A stretch of DNA of 64,000 nt, taken from contig OX597830.1 in assembly GCA_951406725.2 (NCBI GenBank), forward strand, positions 74,090,001 to 74,154,000. The letters run 5' to 3'. The notes under the pieces are model-generated. The model saw only the letters and a program-made list of their open reading frames with translations, did no database searches and was not told the DNA's origin. A program made the position numbers and the translations under genes. Shown piece after piece: positions 1-14,430 of this stretch (position 1 is the first letter of the stretch; the number at the start of each line of letters is the position of its first letter). This DNA comes from Octopus vulgaris. Taxonomy: Eukaryota.

Positions 1-189
1 ATGTATGTATGTAGGCATGTATGTTTGTATGTACGTACGAATGTGTATGTATGTATGTATGTATGTATGTATGTATGTATGTATGTATTGATATATTTTG
101 CAGTTTTGTTTACCTGATGGTTTTGATAAAAATCAAATATATATATCTTTATATATATATATATATACATATCTATCTATCTATCTTTA

Positions 190-251
<62 letters not shown>

Positions 252-301
252 CATACACACACACAGACACACACGCACATATATATATATATATATAAAT
301 G

Positions 302-359
<58 letters not shown>

Positions 360-363
360 AACC

Positions 364-439
<76 letters not shown>

Positions 440-612
440 GTGCACACACACACACGCACACACAGGCATACATACACACACGCACACACACACATATATA
501 TCATACAAACATATCATTCGCAAGTAACAATGGAATAAACACTTCTAAGTTATTTGAAAAGCATACCAACTTTACTGATATCCTATAAATAACATCCACA
601 AAAAACAACAAT

Positions 613-644
<32 letters not shown>

Positions 645-1134
645 AAACAACAGCAACAACTACAACCACAAGACCAACAGTCACAACATAGACAAATCAA
701 ATACAGAATACAAAAATCGAAATTTTACAAAATAATATTTAAAAAATGGAGAAAAAAAAGCACCAAACAAAAACAGGGGAAAAAAATCACTGAGAAATTT
801 CAATGAATCACGTTGTATGACCATTTTTCTATAGAACTCGAACATTCAACCAAATAGCAGACAATTCCGTCAGTGATATTGTCTGACACCATATCTGAAA
901 AGGTGTCAAAATAACGTTCCACTTCCATTAATATCATTTTCACTAATATACTTTCATTGATTAGTGAAATTCTAATAATACGCCAAGGTGATAGAGGGTT
1001 GGCTAATACATGATAATGTGGTATCATCATCAGCAGCAGCAGCAGCATCATCAGCATCGTCGGCATCATCGGCGTCGTCATCATCATCATCATCATCGTC
1101 GTCGTCATCTTTATTATTAATATTAATATAATAA

Positions 1135-1545
1135 GACAGCGAGCAGACAGAATTGTTAGCGCACTAGACGAAATGCTTAGCGTTCTGAGTTCAAAATCCC
1201 CCCGAGGTCGACTTTGCCTTTCATCCTTTGGGGGTCAATAAATAAAGTACCAGTGAAACACTTGGGTCGATTTAATCGGCCAACCCCTTCCCCCCTAAAT
1301 TTCAGGCGTTGTGCCTGAAAGTAGAAAGGATTATTAATATTACTATTATTATTGAGTTCAAATTCGACTGAGCAAAATGCTTAGCGGCATTTCGCCTATC
1401 TTTACGTTCTGAGTTCAAATTCTGCCGGGGTCGACTTTGCCTTTCATCGTTTCGGGGTCTATAAAGTAAGCACTAATGAAATACTGGGGTCGATGTAATC
1501 GACTTAATCCCCTTTCCCAAGCTGCCCTTGCGGTAAAAAATTTGA
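1135..1545 (+). mobile_element. Two diverged SINE family B copies
   Basis: gttctgagttcaaattc (B-box) plus gaggtcgactttgcctttcatcctttcggggtcgat..aagtaccag core, seen twice. Confidence 0.75.
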
Positions 1546-2686
1546 AATCATCCTTATTAATATTATTATTATTATTATTATTAGTAGTAGTAGTAGTAGT
1601 AGTAGTAGACAGTTGCCCAAGGTGCCACGCAGTGGGACTGAACCCGAAACCATGAGGTTAGGAAGCAAGCTTCTTGCCACACACCCACGTCTTCACTTAT
1701 TATTACTTTTCTTACTGGTAATCGCAATCTGTAAATAAATAAAAATGCACAAACAGATACTGGCATTAAAAAAATATAAATGAACATTAAATAATTATGG
1801 TAACGAAGGAATCTCTGCTATAACAGGATTATCTTTATATTTTTTTTTATTCATTTATTTATTTATTTATTTATTCATTATACTTTACCATTTAGTTGTG
1901 GAACGACATAGTCTATAAACCAGTATTTAATAATATGAAAATAGCAAAATATAATTAAAAGATATGGCAAATAATTTGCATTAATAGGATGTGAAATTCA
2001 TTGATTTTTTTTGTAGTAAAGACGAAAAAAAAAAAAGAAAAAAAAGAAGACAGATTACAAACACAGATGTCAGCAAGAATTATTAATGGTAGCGATTCTT
2101 ATTAACCCGTTATAGAAACTATTTTGAATGCGTGGAAATAAGTAAATATGGGTTAGTAGATCATTCTGATTGAAATTGGATTTTATAAGAAAACGCTGAG
2201 TATTCACTTCAAATAAGAATCGAAACCGTATCGCAGTCAATGCAGGAAAGAAATAATACTTTATGTTATATTAAGGTTGCTTGTCTGGACAGTCATACAT
2301 TCATAAATGGTATGAAATTAAAGATACGGCCATGTGTTTGTATGTATGTATGTATGTATGTATGTATGTATGTATGTATGTATGTATGTATGTATGTATG
2401 TATGTATGTATGTATGTGTCTATGTATGTATGTATGTATGTATGTATGTATGTATGTATGTATGTATGTATGTGTGTCTGTATGTATGTATGTGTGTATT
2501 GCAATTCATTAAACTTAAGCTCCGACAGTCACGCCGTATGGACTAACAAACTTGACTCGCCTATCAATAATGAATACATATGTGTAAATGTATATATATA
2601 TATGAATATAAATGTGTGTATATATATAGTAATAATAAATAAAATATGTGTATATATATATATAGTTATATATATATATGTATGCT

Positions 2687-2729
<43 letters not shown>

Positions 2730-2817
2730 TACATATATATACGTATATATATGTCTATATATAGATACTTATCTCTCTCCCTCTCTCACTCTTTCTCTTT
2801 CTCTCCATATATGTATA

Positions 2818-2868
<51 letters not shown>

Positions 2869-3263
2869 CACACACAAACGTATATTTATACTCCAAATAC
2901 CAATGATGTTTGTTGGCTGGATGCTTAATTTTTATCACTCTCAGTACATGTTTTGGAGACACGGCAAGCCAACAGTTGTTCTGTGTGTTCACCGTCTGTT
3001 GGTATTGGTGCTTCCGGCGTGAATGTCAAGCAGTAGAGCATGTCGTTTCCAAATTTCTGGTAGAGTGGCTTGCGTCATGGTGCTGTTTTTCTCAACTCAT
3101 CCTACTCTATGCTGCGTAGTCGACAAAATCAAAAACAATGGACATTCACGAAATTAAAAATATAAAATGGCGAGAATTTGCCCATCGCGCCCTGTACACA
3201 CACACACACACGCGCACACACACACACACACACTCACATATGTATGAATGCATATGTGTATAT

Positions 3264-3490
3264 TACTCTTACTCTTTACTCTTTTACTTGTTTCAGTCAT
3301 TTGACTGCGGACATGCTGGAGCACCGCCTTTAATCGAGCAACTCGACCCCGGAACTTATTCTTTTGTAAGTCCAGTACTTATTATATCGGTCTCTTTTTG
3401 CCGAACCGCTAAGTAATGGGGACATAAACGCACCAGCATCGGTTGTCAATCAATGCTAGGGGGACAAACACAGATACACAAACACACACA

Positions 3491-3539
<49 letters not shown>

Positions 3540-3699
3540 GACGGACTTCTTTCAGTTTCCGTCTACCAAATCCACTCACAAGGCATTGGTCGGCCCGAGG
3601 CTATAGTAGAAGACACTTGCCCAAGATGCCACGCAGTGGGACTGAACCCGGAACCATGTGGTTGGTTAGCAAGCTACTTACCACACAGCCACTCCTGCG
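3264..3699 (-). mobile_element. SINE family A (tRNA head, CORE-like ccttgggcaag, internal microsatellite, (AAAAGAGT)n tail), full length
   Basis: Minus strand has A-box tggctgtgtgg and B-box ggttcagtccc. More than 10 near-identical copies occur in the window. A 3'-half copy follows at about 3708-3920. Confidence 0.85.
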
Positions 3700-4088
3700 T
3701 GGCTGTGTTCTTTTATTCTTTTACTTGTTTCAGTCATTTTGACTGCGGCTATGCTGGAGTACCGCCTTTAGTCGAGCTAAGCGACCCCCAGGACTTATTC
3801 TTTGTAAGCCTAGTACTTATTCTATCGGTCCCATTTGCCGAACCGCTACGTCACGGTGATGTAAACAGACCAGCATCGGTTGTCAAGCGATGTTGTTGGG
3901 GGAGACAAACACAGGCACATAAACGAAGCACTGGACACACCATCAAAACGTCTTCTTGTAAAACTGACTTTCCTTGTGGAATCATTAACTAGCAACAGAT
4001 TACACGACGGTTTATCAGATAAAAGTTTAGGATGATTTACAGGTTTTCAATAGGAGTCTGTATTTATACACGCATGTACTCATATACA

Positions 4089-4140
<52 letters not shown>

Positions 4141-4236
4141 AATATACATACATACATTATTTTTCTCTCCTTTTTTTCTCTCCTTTTTTCTCTCCTTTGT
4201 TTTCTCCTTTTTTCTCTCCTTGTTTTTTCTGTGTCC

Positions 4237-4272
4237 CTTTCTGTAGAAGAGCGTAAGCTCGAAGCGTAAAAG
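4237..4272 (+). ncRNA. Degenerate minimal type I hammerhead in a repeat-like segment (about 4160-4365)
   Basis: CUUU-CUGUAGA-A-GAGC-GUAA-GCUC-GAAG-CG-UA^-AAAG. Stems I and II pair. There are two core substitutions (A6U, A15.1G). Confidence 0.55.
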
Positions 4273-4511
4273 ACTTTTTTCTATTCCTGAGTGTTATACT
4301 AATACATGTGTTTGTTTTGTACACCACCTGTCTTCGTATTTTGTTTTTTTCGTAAACTCTCTCTATATATACTAGGAAAAATAGAAACCGCATTCTAATC
4401 TATGCACCCGTCTCCACATGTTTGCCATTTTTCACGGGAATCCACCCAGCCGTTTGGCTGTGAATCTCAAGACAAGAAAGAATACAACGATCGCCATGTC
4501 CAATTTATATC

Positions 4512-4557
<46 letters not shown>

Positions 4558-4614
4558 GTGAGTGTGTGTGCGTGCGTGTGTTTGTATGTATATATATATA
4601 TATACATATGAAGA

Positions 4615-4676
4615 CGTCGACGATGATGATGAAGCTGATACTACGATTACTCGCAACAACAGCAATAACAAGAGTA

Positions 4677-4755
<79 letters not shown>

Positions 4756-4765
4756 CGATGATGAC

Positions 4766-4806
<41 letters not shown>

Positions 4807-5234
4807 CGATGATGATGATGATAACGATGACGATGATGACGATGATGACGATGATGACGATGATGATGATGATTACAATTAATTTTTTTATATATTTGTA
4901 GATATTTACTTGTGGGTTTACTATTTTTGCTTTAGAAAGAAAATAATATTCTGCTTATATTATCTTTTTCGTAATATGATTTTGATAAACAAATTCTCTA
5001 ATTTAAATATTTCCATTCAACCATGAATGAAACTGCAAAGTTGCTAATATAAATTATAAATATATACGAAAATAATAAAGACGGGTAACAGCGAAAAAAT
5101 AAATAAATAAATGAATAAAATAAAAAGATAATTACATTTCCTATTATTGCTACAGGAGAACACATTACAAGGAAGGACCAATAAAAAGTCCTGTAATATA
5201 GTTCATCGTGTCTGGAAATGATTTAATAATAATA

Positions 5235-5286
<52 letters not shown>

Positions 5287-5466
5287 GAATGAAGTTAGTA
5301 ATAATAATAATAATAATAATAAGAAGAAGAATAACAACAACAACAATAACAACAGCAACAACAACAATAATAATAATAATTAGAAGATGATGGTGAAGAA
5401 GAAGATGATGATGATGAGGACGACGACGACGACGACGTCGAAGATGAAGAAGAAGAAGAAGAAGAA

Positions 5467-5505
<39 letters not shown>

Positions 5506-5528
5506 AACGACAATGATGACGATGACGA

Positions 5529-5589
<61 letters not shown>

Positions 5590-5608
5590 TATTATTATCA
5601 TCATTATT

Positions 5609-5691
<83 letters not shown>

Positions 5692-5711
5692 CATCATCAT
5701 CATCATCATCA

Positions 5712-5749
<38 letters not shown>

Positions 5750-5807
5750 GTTATTATTATTATTATCATCATCATCATCATCATCATCATCATTATTATT
5801 ATTATCA

Positions 5808-5857
<50 letters not shown>

Positions 5858-5905
5858 GTCAATATTATTGTCGACGTTGTTGTTGTCGTCATCGTTGTTG
5901 TTGTA
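4615..5905. repeat. Compound trinucleotide microsatellites (GAT/GAC, AAT, AAC, GAA, ATT/ATC)
   Basis: Direct reading. They explain the polyD/M/I/L/N/H ORFs. Similar blocks lie at 16645-16765, 32415-32800, 49288-49435 and 63165-63260. Confidence 0.95.
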
Positions 5906-7224
5906 TTTCAAAAGCAGACAATAATGAAGGATGTCATAACTGAGCCAATGCAGATATAATTACTGCTTGGCTAAATCTTTATTCTTAGCCATCCAAATAC
6001 GATTCTCAAAGAACTGGTCAATTTTTTTTTCATTTATTTATTTCCTTTTTTTATTCTTGTTATATTTATTTTCCCCTACAAAAACAAGATATCAACACTT
6101 TTACTGATTTGTCGCTGTCGTTTATTTTATTTCATTTATTTTATTTTATTTTATTTATTAATGCTGAGCACAAATTTTGATAATACATATTAAATTCAGT
6201 ATGATAAAGTTTATAATTATTAAGAATTCAATTATTTCCAACTGGATAAGAAATCAATCATGCAAATATTGCTAATATTCTGTGTGTGATTTTTTTGTGT
6301 GTGCATGTATGGGTAGTTTAATGATAATCAAGACAGCTTTTTGCTGTTCATATGTTAATAACACTTCAGCTGGTTGCTATGCTTTTACATTGCATATATT
6401 ACACTGTACGTAGAGTAAAATAGAGAATTATTTACACTTTAACTCTGTTAACACGTAATATTATCTTCTTCACTGACTGACTTATATCTTTGCAAAATCT
6501 TGACAGGAGGTCTAAACGTTAGGTCCAAATGTGAAGTCCAAGTTTTAATCTATGTTTATGTCCAAACTTCAAGTCTAATATCTATCAGTCGATATTCGAT
6601 CACCGTAAACGTTAAGAAAATTTCAAGCAAAAAGGGAAAATTGCCAAACTTCTACCATTTTGCAAAGGCAATATTCAATGCAATAACTTAATCTAAATTT
6701 TAACCATATTCATGATAAATATACATTATATGGTTTTCACCCTTTTAAACGATATATTGTCGTTCCTTTTAACTTCATAAAATGATAACCCGTGTTTACT
6801 GCTATCCACCTTTTGGTTATCCATAAGATAAACAGAAGCAGGTTATTACTATGAACAGTATGCAACCCTATGAAATTTGGTGATGGTTTCCTCTTACGTC
6901 GTCCAGTTACGAGAGAGCTAGAGAAACGAAGACGTCAACATTATTTCTACCACGACCAGCAACAACACCACCAAAACATGCTGCTACTGTGCAGATTACC
7001 TTTGGCATAATATAGACAGCCAAAACATCATATATAAGAAATAAAACACGCTATGAAACATAAACAAAAGAAATTATTTGAAAATAAGTTATATATTTGC
7101 ATTATATTATATATTATATTGGAAATATTGTCACTACACTTTCCCGTAGCTCAGCTATGCACCTTTAGCAAGGCGACACTGCGACGTGCATAAATCAAAT
7201 AAAAAATTACGGCTCGTGTTGCAT

Positions 7225-7322
7225 TTAAACTTCTTGTGTTATATATAAACTTCTTATATAAACTTCTTATATATAAACTTCTTATATAGACTTCTTGTGT
7301 TATATATAAACTTCTTATATAT
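7225..7322. repeat. Minisatellite (taaacttctt[gtgtt]atata)n
   Basis: About six units of 13-20 bp. Confidence 0.85.
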
Positions 7323-8269
7323 GAATTCCAATATGAGTCCACGGAGGCAATATTAAGACCGCCACAAAATTCTGGGAATGAACATACTGAAACACATGAG
7401 ATGTATCCACAACGAGTGTACATGCTGGAAATTGCATTCATATCTTATTTAAATCACATTCTATCATATTAAAACAGGAAGAACACATGCTGTCCAAGGT
7501 ATATTATGCCAAAAATAAGGATTAGATCGTCACGATTGGAATGTACTCCGTCAAGATCTGCTCGTCAGAGCTCCGTTAAATTTCAATAAAAGCGACAAAT
7601 ACAGAGCGAAGATGCGTTAAAAATTTCCTCTATTACTACCAATAGAAGGTTCACTTAACAATAGTCAGTAGTAACCCATATATGAACCAATATAAAATGT
7701 ATCACGCACAAGAACCATTGCTCAATAGTGATATAGCTTCATAATGAGGTCACGCGATTTCGAAACGTCAGTACAATATATTTGAGGGCAAAAAGGAGTT
7801 ATTTACAAATTGGCAACAATAACGAAGAATCTATTGAGAATAGAGCACAAAATTACAAATAAGAGATTGCAAATAAAAAAAAAAGAGATTAGAATCTTAT
7901 TTCTTTTCAGTATTTCTCATACACACGCATGCTACATTCAGCATAGATATGTAAGTATTTACGTACGCATCCATCTACGCATGTGCATGTATAGATACAT
8001 ATACACATTCATTATGAACGTCCAGATTGTTTGTGCAGGAGTATAAATGTACTTTTACGGCATATACATACTTAAACGTAATTATATGTATGTGTGTGTG
8101 TGTGTGCGTGAGTGTGTGTATGTATCTATGTTTATACATGTGGGTTTTCAGTGAATATATATGAATATATATATATGTGTGTGTATAAATATCTGTATGG
8201 ACATATATGTGTATATATCTGAATATGTATGCATGTATATATGTGTATATATGTGTGTATATGTGTGTA

Positions 8270-8352
<83 letters not shown>

Positions 8353-8421
8353 ATATATATATGGATATATATAAATTTATACACACAGGCATATATCTAT
8401 GTGGGTATGTGGATATATTTA

Positions 8422-8461
<40 letters not shown>

Positions 8462-8632
8462 TATACGTGTGTGTGTATTCAAAGAGAACATATATACATA
8501 GAGAGCCAGTATATTTACGCATGCAGCGTGAATTATTCTTTGGGGATTGTTCTCTTCTCAGTTTGCTGTTTTAGAATAATTCATTTGACCGCCATTTTGT
8601 TTTCACTATAAACCTACATATACACATTTGAC

Positions 8633-8672
<40 letters not shown>

Positions 8673-8673
8673 C

Positions 8674-8744
<71 letters not shown>

Positions 8745-9150
8745 ATGTATAATTATGTATGTATGTATGTATCTATGTATGTATGTATGTATGTATGTAT
8801 GTATGCATGCATGTATGTATGTATTTGTTCGGTTATCTTTTTTCTGTGAATAGTAACTGTTTTCGTTCCTTCACTTGATTAATTTTGGAGTCTGTTTTTA
8901 ATTCCGCTAGTATTTGATTTTTACGTTGCTTGCTTGCGTACGTATTCTTTCCTCGTCTTGCACCTCCCCGCTGCACACATACACGCATACACATGTACAC
9001 ACACGTATACGAACACGCACACATACAAACAGAATACTTTTGTATGTGTTTGCTTTTGCTAAGTGGAGTGACTATTAGAACGAATGTTTTGTACATCTGT
9101 ACAATGTCTAATATTTGTATTACGTGTGTGTATGTTTGTGTGTTTGTGTG

Positions 9151-9188
<38 letters not shown>

Positions 9189-9755
9189 TTCTGTTTTGTC
9201 ATATTGTTGCTTTACAATTTTGCTTTACTATATTGTGATGTATTGTATAATTTACAAGGACATCGGAGAGAGAAAGAGAGACGGTAGAAGATGAGATACG
9301 AAGAGAGGTAGATAGAGACAGAAGGGGAGAGAGAGGGGGAGAAAATGAAGAGAGTGTTATATTGAAAATAAAGTAAACACTAAAGATACAGGAGAGATTC
9401 ATATAGAGATTACAAGAGTATGAGACAGAGAGAATGTGAGAAAAAGAGAAAAAGAGGTAGAGAGAAAGAAAGAGAGAGAGAGTGCGTGTATGTGAGTCAG
9501 AGAGTGAGTGAGTGTGGACGTGTGTGTGTATGTGTGTGTTGGAAAGACTTAGTAGTATTTCGTCAGCTGTTACGTTATGAGTTCAAATTCCGCCAAGGTC
9601 GACTTTGCCTTTCATCCATTAGGGGTTGATTAAATAAGCAACAGTTACGCACTAGTGTCGATGTAATCGACTTAATCTCTTTGTCTGTACTTGTTTGTCC
9701 CCTCTGTCTTTAGCCCCTGTGGGAAATCTCTCTCTCTCTATATATATATATATAT

Positions 9756-9966
9756 ACTCTTTTACTCTTTTACTCTTTTACTCTTTTACTTGTTTCAGTC
9801 ATGCTGGAGCACCGCCTTTAGTCGAGCAAATCGACCCCAGGACTTATTTTTTGTAAGCCTAGTACTTATTATATCGGTCTCTTTTGCCGAACCGCTAAGT
9901 AACGGGGACGTAAACACACCTGCATCGGTTGTCAAGCAATGTTGGGAGGACAAACACAGACACACA

Positions 9967-10004
<38 letters not shown>

Positions 10005-10183
10005 TACATATATATATACATACATACGACGGGCTTCTTTCAGTTTCCGTCTACCAAATCCACTCACAAGGTTTTGGTCAGCCCGAGGCTATAGCGGAAG
10101 ACACTTGCCCAAGTTGCCACGCAGTGGGACTGAACCCGGGACCATGTGGTTCGTAAGCAAGCTACTTACCACACAGCCACTCC
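9756..10183 (-). mobile_element. SINE family A, full length
   Basis: Collinear with 3264-3699. Confidence 0.85.
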
Positions 10184-10184
10184 T

Positions 10185-10237
<53 letters not shown>

Positions 10238-10259
10238 TCATACATATATACAACATACA

Positions 10260-10345
10260 TGTATACAACATACGTATATACATACATCTACGTACGTACA
10301 GACATATGAAGTATGTATATTAGGTATGTACATACACACATACAT

Positions 10346-10395
<50 letters not shown>

Positions 10396-10733
10396 GCATA
10401 TTTGCTATGTATCATTTTTGTGTGAGCTCTTTTCGCATGTTTATGTTTTTATGCATATAAGCAATGAAGCATGAAAAAATATTAACTAACATGATTTCCA
10501 TTACTACAATTCGAATGGTCTGTAATCAAGACTATTCCTAAGGCAAACACACACACACACACACACACACATATGTGTGTGTATGAGTGAGAGTGAATGC
10601 GAGAGTGAGAATGAAAGTAAGTTAGTAAATGTGAGAGCTTGAGTGTAAGTTGTTCACATACAAAACGAAGTTGAACGTTACAAAAAAAAAACAGAATATT
10701 TGATATATTGGACATACCAAAGGAAAGGGGATC

Positions 10734-10770
<37 letters not shown>

Positions 10771-11385
10771 ATGAGACAGAGATGGACAGAAACGAAGAGA
10801 ATGTGAGAGAGGAGGCCCATGATGATAGTGTGATAAAGTGTGGGTCTACAAGTTAGAGAAAGTGGAAAGAGAAAAGACGAGAGTGAGAGTGACATAGACA
10901 TTGACAGAGAGGGAGAGTGTGTGTGTGTGTGCATGTGTGTGTGTGTCTGTGTGAAAGTGAAAAAAGAGAAAACAGAGAGAAACAAAACTTGAGAGAGAGA
11001 GAGAGAGAGAGAGGAATGAGAAAGAGAGAGAAAGGAGAGAGAGAGGAAAAGGAGAGAGAGAGAAAGGGGAGAGAGGAAGGAGAGAGAGAGTAAGAAAGTG
11101 AGTCAGAGAAGAGAGTGAGGTTTGTTTGTCTAAGTAATAGTCTTGATTACAGACCGTTCGAATAGTAATGGAAATCAAGTTAGTATTTTTTTCATGCTTC
11201 ATTGCTTAAATGCATAAAAGCATAAACATACGAAAAGAGCTCTCACATAAATGATACATAGCAAATATGCATCTATGAGTGTGTGTGTGTGTATGCATGC
11301 ATATGTGTATATACATACCTAATATACATACTTCATATATGTGTGTACGTACGTATATGTATGTATATACGTATGTTGTATACGT
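10260..11385. repeat. Long inverted duplication (arms about 10260-10548 and 11121-11385)
   Basis: Arms include unique sequence, e.g. gatttccattact...ttcgaatggtctgtaatcaagactatt / aatagtcttgattacagaccgttcgaatagtaatggaaatc. The spacer of about 570 bp is GA-rich. Confidence 0.9.
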
Positions 11386-12179
11386 ATGTGCATATATAAT
11401 GAATTTGTGATTCAAGAATTTTAACACATACGTTATGGTACATATACCTTCGCTCAGACCATATTTGGTTAATGAAACTGTAATGGCTATGCATTTCTTT
11501 GGTCGATTCTCTTTTATGAATGTAGAGTAAGTAATTAAATCCTGGGAGGTAACCCTCGGGGAACTGGAATTTATTTTTTTTAGTACAACGCAGTTAAGAA
11601 TAAACCCGGCTTGGACTTGCGAACATATTTACTCGACGATACTCCATGCTTATAGTTTGTATTTTGTGGTGCATGTATACTGTTGGGAATAGAATATTCT
11701 CCGATGATGGCCGCTGTGTAAATCTACGCCTAGATATATATGCAAACACACCTACACACATACACACGCACACACACATCTTGCTCTGTGATGTCGCTGG
11801 TTATTTCAAATTTTGAAACTCCTCAATTTCACACGTCCTGAAGATTTTTTACTCGTTGTTTAACTGAGTAGTATTGATGACAATGTTTCATGCTATTTGG
11901 GGGTATATTCTAATAATGAACCAATGAGTGTCTCTGGAAAGTTGAGACATAAACTGGAGTATTTTTCTTAGCCTGAATAAATATAAAAAATGGTAAGTCT
12001 TGCCTTTGAAAGAATTTTTCAGTTTTTCAGTTTGTTGCTTCCCTTTTAAGTCTACGCGAATGGGTTATATGAGAGATATACAAAATCGCTTTGGAAACCC
12101 ATGGTTCTCTAAGTGAGCATGCTGAGTGATTTCTGAAGCTACAGTTTGATTACTGGGACGGGGTCAGATGGTTGTGTTT

Positions 12180-12680
12180 CTTTGTGCATCGTAATCTGGC
12201 AAACGTAGTCTTCCTTGCAGGAATACCTAACCTTAACGATGTTAAAGTTGAAAAGTTTAGCATATTTGTCTTTAGGAGACTATATTGGTGGTTACATTAA
12301 TATTGAGAGGTAGATTAGATAATGTTAGCGTTTGTTTTCCGCTTCTTCTCTGAGTGAAGATGGAACTGGAACTGCCTGGAATTGCCTGGAACTGACTACT
12401 AACCTTTTGAAAAAGAACTTCTAACAAGAGAATCATTATCAAAGAAGCAGCTTTAGTAAAACCGTCACTGCCTAAAGATAAAACCAAAATTCACGTACTT
12501 ATTCCGGCCACAAGATTCTAAGTGTGTGCGCATATTTATGTGGATACGAGAAAGTGTGTGCGGTATACGATTAATGCGTATGCATTTTGTTTACACCCAA
12601 ATCTAGATTTATCTTTGGGCAGTGATAAGCTATGCTTAGATGTAGCGTTATGTCTATAAAACTTCGAGTTTATTAGCAGG
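12180..12680 (-). mobile_element. Decayed Penelope-like element (RT thumb and linker region)
   Basis: Collinear minus-strand peptides SFIDITLHL (cf. NFLDVTLDL), SDGFTKAA, RRSGKQTLTLSNLPLNINVTTNI (cf. WFNPP...NV.TNIG) and KLFNFNIVKVRYSC...ITMH (cf. KIFNRNTVKVSYSC...I..HN). Confidence 0.65.
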
Positions 12681-13000
12681 CTGCTCAAAGTTTTTGCCAC
12701 TATGCGTAACTCTTCAAGACAGGCTCCAACAAGCTGCCCTGCCTTTCATAATTTAGGGGTATACAATGTATTTAAATGGTATTAGTACAACAATCCTTAG
12801 TAATGGCTAATGGTCCAGAGAGACGATCAGTCATCCAGTGATCCGTAAATCTGTACCTTATCTAGATATCCAGCGATTGTTTGCTTCTAACTTCACTGAT
12901 TCAAAACAACCTGGTATCTAATTTCTTAATCTCTTCAAACTGATGGTTAAATTGGGAAGATATCTCCTCAGTCAATGATCCAAAGCACTGACTTTTCTTC

Positions 13001-13056
<56 letters not shown>

Positions 13057-13626
13057 GTGTCTAATATTTGTGTGTGTGCGTGTGTAGATATGTATGTATA
13101 TATGTCCGTGCGCGTCTCTATGTATGTATACGTGTGTATCTATCTGCCTATATATACATATGCATATACGTGTATACATACGTATAGGATATGATACATG
13201 GCCTCATATGATACATAAATATATATGATATATATATATAGATATATGCACAACTTATTCATATAGGAAGGGCCGACATGTATTCTATGCTTTTGTACAA
13301 TATTTTCTTTCACATTTTCAAATGCATCTTCTCATTCTTACTTTCTTGCTTCTTCTCTCTTTCTCTCTCATTCCCACTCTTTCTTATACTTCCTCTCTGT
13401 CTCTCCCTCCCTCTTTCTCTTTATCTCTTTGTCTCTGTGCATTACACACGCACACACGTATATATAAATATGTATATGTGTGTGTATATATAAATATATA
13501 TAACTAGCTTTTTTCTTATATATATATATATATATACATACAAAAAAAGCTAGTTATATATATATATGTATGTATATATGTGTGTATATATAAATATATA
13601 TAAATGTTTTTTTTCTTATATATATA

Positions 13627-13678
<52 letters not shown>

Positions 13679-14139
13679 CATACATACATACATACATACA
13701 TGCGTACGTACGTACATACATACAGACACACATACATATGTATAGAGAAATGGATGTAGATATAGATATACATACACACATACATATTTGTAGATCACTG
13801 TTATATATGTATGTGTGTGTCTAATATTGGTATAAAATTTGTATCGCAAACAATTTGTATCGTGTGCGTATAGACACTTACCCACCCACATATATCTCTT
13901 TCCCTTTTTCATTTTTATTGATTAGCTTAATGTGTGCGTATGTGTATACGTATTGATCTACATCTGTACATATGTACGTACGTGTCTACATAATTATATC
14001 AGTTTTTTTTTCATATTTATTATTTCTCAATCAAATATTATATTTAGATTTCTAATTTCGTTTTCTTTTCACCATTCTCTATTGCAGTGTGCCGAAATGA
14101 AACCGTTCCAGTAAACGGAATTCTGTGCTGACAATTTTT

Positions 14140-14430
14140 CTGGCACTAACCACGTGACAATCAAGCTTTATCTATCTATCTATTTATTTATTTATTTATT
14201 ATTTTTATCTTTTGTTTTGGAATTTTCGATTGGCTGGCAGGCATTCAGCCAAGCAGACAGGAGAAATACTTATAAGAAACGAAAAAAAAAAGGGAAAAAA
14301 AAAAGAAAAAAGAAAAAGAAAAAATGTTATTCCCTCCCCCTCTTTACTAAAACCTACTCTTTCTCAAGCTGGATTTTTTACGCATTTCACAACGTTATAT
14401 TTCTTTCCATTTTATTTGGCCGCCATTATA
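14140..14430 (+). promoter_or_regulatory. Candidate proximal promoter of the Hox gene
   Basis: CCACGTGAC E-box (14150-14158), reverse CCAAT box GATTGGCTG (14228-14236), TATAAGAA (14271-14278) and YY1-like GGCCGCCATTAT (14418-14429), all in non-repetitive DNA 450-730 bp upstream of the ATG. Confidence 0.45.

Noticed and set aside
800-1020. Non-repetitive part of the 102-aa minus ORF
   Set aside because: No recognisable motif, and the start lies in a trinucleotide repeat. It cannot be supported without a database search.
3443-3992. Recurrent peptides such as DGLLSVSVYQIHSQG and RRASFSFRLPNPLTR in many ORFs
   Set aside because: They are antisense translations of SINE family A, not a gene family.
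5225-5860. Large potential hairpin from (AAT/GAT)n followed by (ATT/ATC)n
   Set aside because: The complementarity is low-complexity and expected when opposite-strand microsatellites abut. There is no sign of function.
7741-7775. TAATGA-GGTC-ACGC-GATT-TC-GAAACGTC hammerhead-like remnant
   Set aside because: The 5' core and stem I are missing, so it is too decayed to list as a feature.
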